A stretch of 64,000 nucleotides of DNA from Chrysomallon squamiferum. Taxonomy: Eukaryota; Animalia; Mollusca. The notes beneath the pieces were generated by a model. The model saw nothing but the letters and a program-made list of their open reading frames with translations, was not told where the DNA came from and did not search any database. The first letter of the stretch is position 1, and every line of letters begins with the position of its first letter. The DNA lies in NCBI GenBank assembly GCA_012295275.1, contig CM022677.1:24304001-24368000 (forward strand). Reading direction: 5' to 3'. Below, piece after piece: positions 60,344 to 64,000 of the stretch. A program made the position numbers and the translations under genes.

Positions 60344-61959
60344 CACACACACAAGGACTTGAGAACGTGCGAGATTGTCTTTTCATCAACGTAAATAAAA
60401 GACAGGATCAAACAAGATGTGTGGAACTAGAACAAGTCATTGACAACATCTTGACCAGACTTAGTTCCTCATAATCCCTCAGATGAATTTCTAATCAAGC
60501 GATAACAATCTGTTGGCTTTTTTTTTCTGTGTTTTTTTTTTTGTTTCACTTCTTCACCATCTCTCATCTTTCTACTTACCGACAAGTTTGCTGAATAATG
60601 TCTTCTGACAAGAAGGTTCTGCGTGTGACATATTTCATAAGGATGACTTTTTTTTTCTTTCTTTTTTTTGGATATATATATGTATATATATATATATATA
60701 TAGCGAGAGAGAAAAAGTATCTAAGAGGAACAAAAAGCCACATTAACTGCCCACGGTTTACAGCCTGTCCGAATGGATCAATAAAAAAATAATGTAGGTT
60801 AATGTAAAGCCAGGATGAGCGCTTGTTGTTGCTGTTAAAAATAGCACCGTCCGCGACAACATCAAAGTGTCGCTGGATGGAACGTTTAATTTCCTGTCGT
60901 AGAGAAAGTACAGTCGAAATGAGTGGTCGAAATGTTTTAATTGCGGTGAAATAATTTCAAAAATTATACAAAGTGCATTGTTTTTAAAAAAAAATATATA
61001 TCATTATCCATATTCATGAATCATATTTTAAAATTATAATTTTTTTAATTTTTTTTAATTTTTAATTTTTTTTTTTGGAAATCAGTTGTCTGATCAAACA
61101 AGTTGTACTGTAGGTCAGTTGATGGTCAGTTTCTTTGATGTTTGTGGTGACCGGTTTGTGTCCAGCTGACCGCCTTTCATCCCTACATCTGTTTCTATAA
61201 GGAGATAATGCCACATCCGCTAGTTAATTAGTTTAATATCGTGTTAAAGTTGGAAGGATTTTTTCTCTTTAGAGTGCGTTTCACCTGGTTTCCATGATAT
61301 GAAATGTTTTTTTTTTTTTTTTTTTTTTTTTTATATTACATCCAGGTGGTTCTAGTGTTAAATAGAATTGTACTCATTATTATGTTTGTTCAATTTCATA
61401 TATTTTTTTTATTATTATTATGACATACTTTAGCAGTTGGGAAAAAAAAATTTGTTAAAATCTTTATAAAGTGAACATTTTTTTATGTTTTTGTTTTTTT
61501 CTTGACATTGTGGAAAAATATTTAAAAATTTACTTAAGGTGTATTGGTAAGAATATTTTTCGGGGTTTTTTTTTTTTGGTTTTGTTTTTCCCTTTTCTTA
61601 GTTTCTTTTCTTTTTTTTTCTTCTTCTTTTTTTAGTATTTAAACATCATGTTTTTTGGGGTTTTTTTTTATTTAGTTCTTGATATGTAAAATATCTCTGT
61701 TCTAAAAAACATTCTCTCATGATGCACATAGCTTTTTGTAACATACACATTTTTGTAATTACTTTTTAAATTTTTTTTTTTGATACAAAATTCAGTAATT
61801 TTTAAGTGTATTTGGAAATGAAATGAAATTTAAAAAATATAATAAATTTATCTTTAATTCTTTCTTCTTATTAAATAAGCTTGAATTGATTCTTTAGTGT
61901 TATATTTATACACTGATATGTGAATAATAATAATAATCATAACAACAACAACAACAATG

Positions 61960-61995
<36 letters not shown>

Positions 61996-62414
61996 TTGGA
62001 AATAATAATAATAATAATAATAATGTTGGAAATATACACACATAAATAATTTATATTAAAAATAATGTGAACTTTACTGTATCTGTAGCCACCCTTAACT
62101 GTACATACACATGCAACGATGTTTAAAGATATAAAAAAAATATCAAAACCAATGACAGTACAGGTGGCATTTTGATACAAGCAGATAAAGAAACTATTAA
62201 CATTCGACACGAACAAGCTCCAGAACCATTTCTTCACTTATGTCTAGACGCAAAAAACATTAGACCATTGACCAGGTTGAAAATGGAGACATTTCTGCAA
62301 CAATCTGTTTTAATTATTGATTTAATATCATTTTTTGTCTTTGTTACAAGATCAAAAGAAAATGTCAGGTGCTCACTGATTGAATCTCCAGCAGAGAAGT
62401 GATCACATTTACAC

Positions 62415-64000
62415 ATACAGAGGTGTACACTGATATACAGTTATACAGGTGTAGTCAGATATACTACAGTGATACAGGTATATACTGATATACAGTGATT
62501 ATATGTACATGTATAATACAGTCGTACACTTATATACAGATATACTACAGTTATACAGGTATATACAGATATACTACAGTGATACAGATATATACAGATA
62601 TACTACTACAGTTATACAGGTGTTTATAGGTATAATACAGTTACACAGGTATATACAGATATACTACTATGGTTATACAGGTGTATACAGATATACTACA
62701 GTTATACAGGTATATACAGATATACTACTATGGTTATACAGGTGTATACAGATATACTACAGTTATACAGGTATATACAGATATATTACTATGGTTATAC
62801 AGGTGTATACAGATATACTACTACAGTTGTACAGGTGTATTTAGGTATACTACAGTTATACAGGTGTTTACAGGTATACTACAGTTATACAGGTATATAC
62901 AGATATACTACTACAGTTATACAGGTGTATACAGATACACTATAGTTATACAGGTATATACAGATATACTACAGTTATACAGGTATATATACAGATATAC
63001 TACTACAGTTAAACAGATATATACAGATACTCTACAGTTGTACAGGTACATATATCCACTACGGTTACACCAATATACAGATGTATACAAATACACTTTA
63101 GTTGTACAGGTACATATATACACTACGGTTACACCAATATAATGCAGTTATACAGATATATGCAGATATATTTCAGTTACACCTCTAAACAGATATACTA
63201 CAGTGATACAGATATATTCAGATATATTACAGTTATACAGGTGTAAATATACTGATATACTATAGTTATACAGATATATTACAGTTATACAGGTGTTTAT
63301 ACCGATATATTACAGGGATGCAAGTATATACAGATATACTACAGTTATACAGGTATTTACAGATATACTACAGATATACAGGTATATACAGATATACTAC
63401 AGTTATACAGGTATATACACATACACAGGTGTAACTATACAGATATATTGCAGTTATACAGGTATATACATATATACTACAGTTGTATACAGATAAACTA
63501 CAGTTATACAGGTATATACAGATATACTACAGTTATACAGGTATATACAGATATACTACAGTTATACAGGTATTTACAGATATACTACAGTTATACAGGT
63601 ATATACAGATATACTACAGTTATACAGGTATATACAGATATACTACAGTTATACAGGTATATACAGATATACTACAGTTATATACAGTTATACAGGTATA
63701 AACAGATATAAATATACAGTTATACAGTTGTTTATAGATATACTACAGTTATACAGGTATTTACAGATATTCTACAGTTATACAGGTATACTACAGTTTT
63801 ACACAGATACACTACAGTGATACAGGTATATACACATATACTAAAGTGATATATATATACATTACAGTTAAACAGGTATATACAGATATACTACTAGTTA
63901 TACAGGTATATATATATATATATAGTGATACAGGTATATACACATATACTACAGTTATACAGGTATATACACATATACTACAGTGATACAGGTATATACA
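62415..64000. repeat. 29-bp minisatellite ATATACTACAGTTATACAGGTATATACAG (>1.5 kb, runs off the window end)
   Basis: Dozens of near-identical copies; explains the YTDILQLYR/YSYTGIYR pseudo-ORFs. Confidence 0.97.

Noticed and set aside
62503-63711. Tyr-rich repetitive ORFs
   Set aside because: Translations of the 29-bp minisatellite; the unit is not a multiple of 3, so the same peptides cycle through all frames.

Overview
AT-rich, microsatellite-saturated animal genomic DNA (invertebrate, most plausibly a mollusc; taxon is inference). Most entries in the supplied ORF track are simple-repeat artefacts; the real genes are spliced and I reconstructed them by hand from GT-AG boundaries and reading-frame phases. 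In order: (1) a cluster of four secreted single-domain C-type lectin genes (perlucin-like, same 4-exon layout; copies 1 and 2 head-to-head; copy 3 has a 1-nt frameshift and copy 2 a damaged exon-2 start); (2) MESD/boca, the LDLR/LRP chaperone (minus strand, 5 coding exons, C-terminal RTEL); (3) divergently transcribed USP8/UBPY (24 coding exons; MIT, rhodanese, long ER/K helix, a canonical WW domain, 14-3-3 motif, USP domain; two locally damaged exons that look like consensus errors); (4) a decayed PIF/Harbinger transposon (Myb/SANT ORF plus transposase); (5) the first coding exon of SMAD2/3, with the rest of that gene beyond the window. Also present: a pogo/Tigger-type MITE, a Tigger4/Zombi-like relic, an array of six perfect CRE palindromes within the lectin cluster, and several tandem repeats that appear to have grown from splice sites and stop codons. 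I found no prokaryotic-style novel system; the best leads are the lectin cluster with its CRE array, the canonical WW exon in USP8, and the splice-site-seeded repeats.
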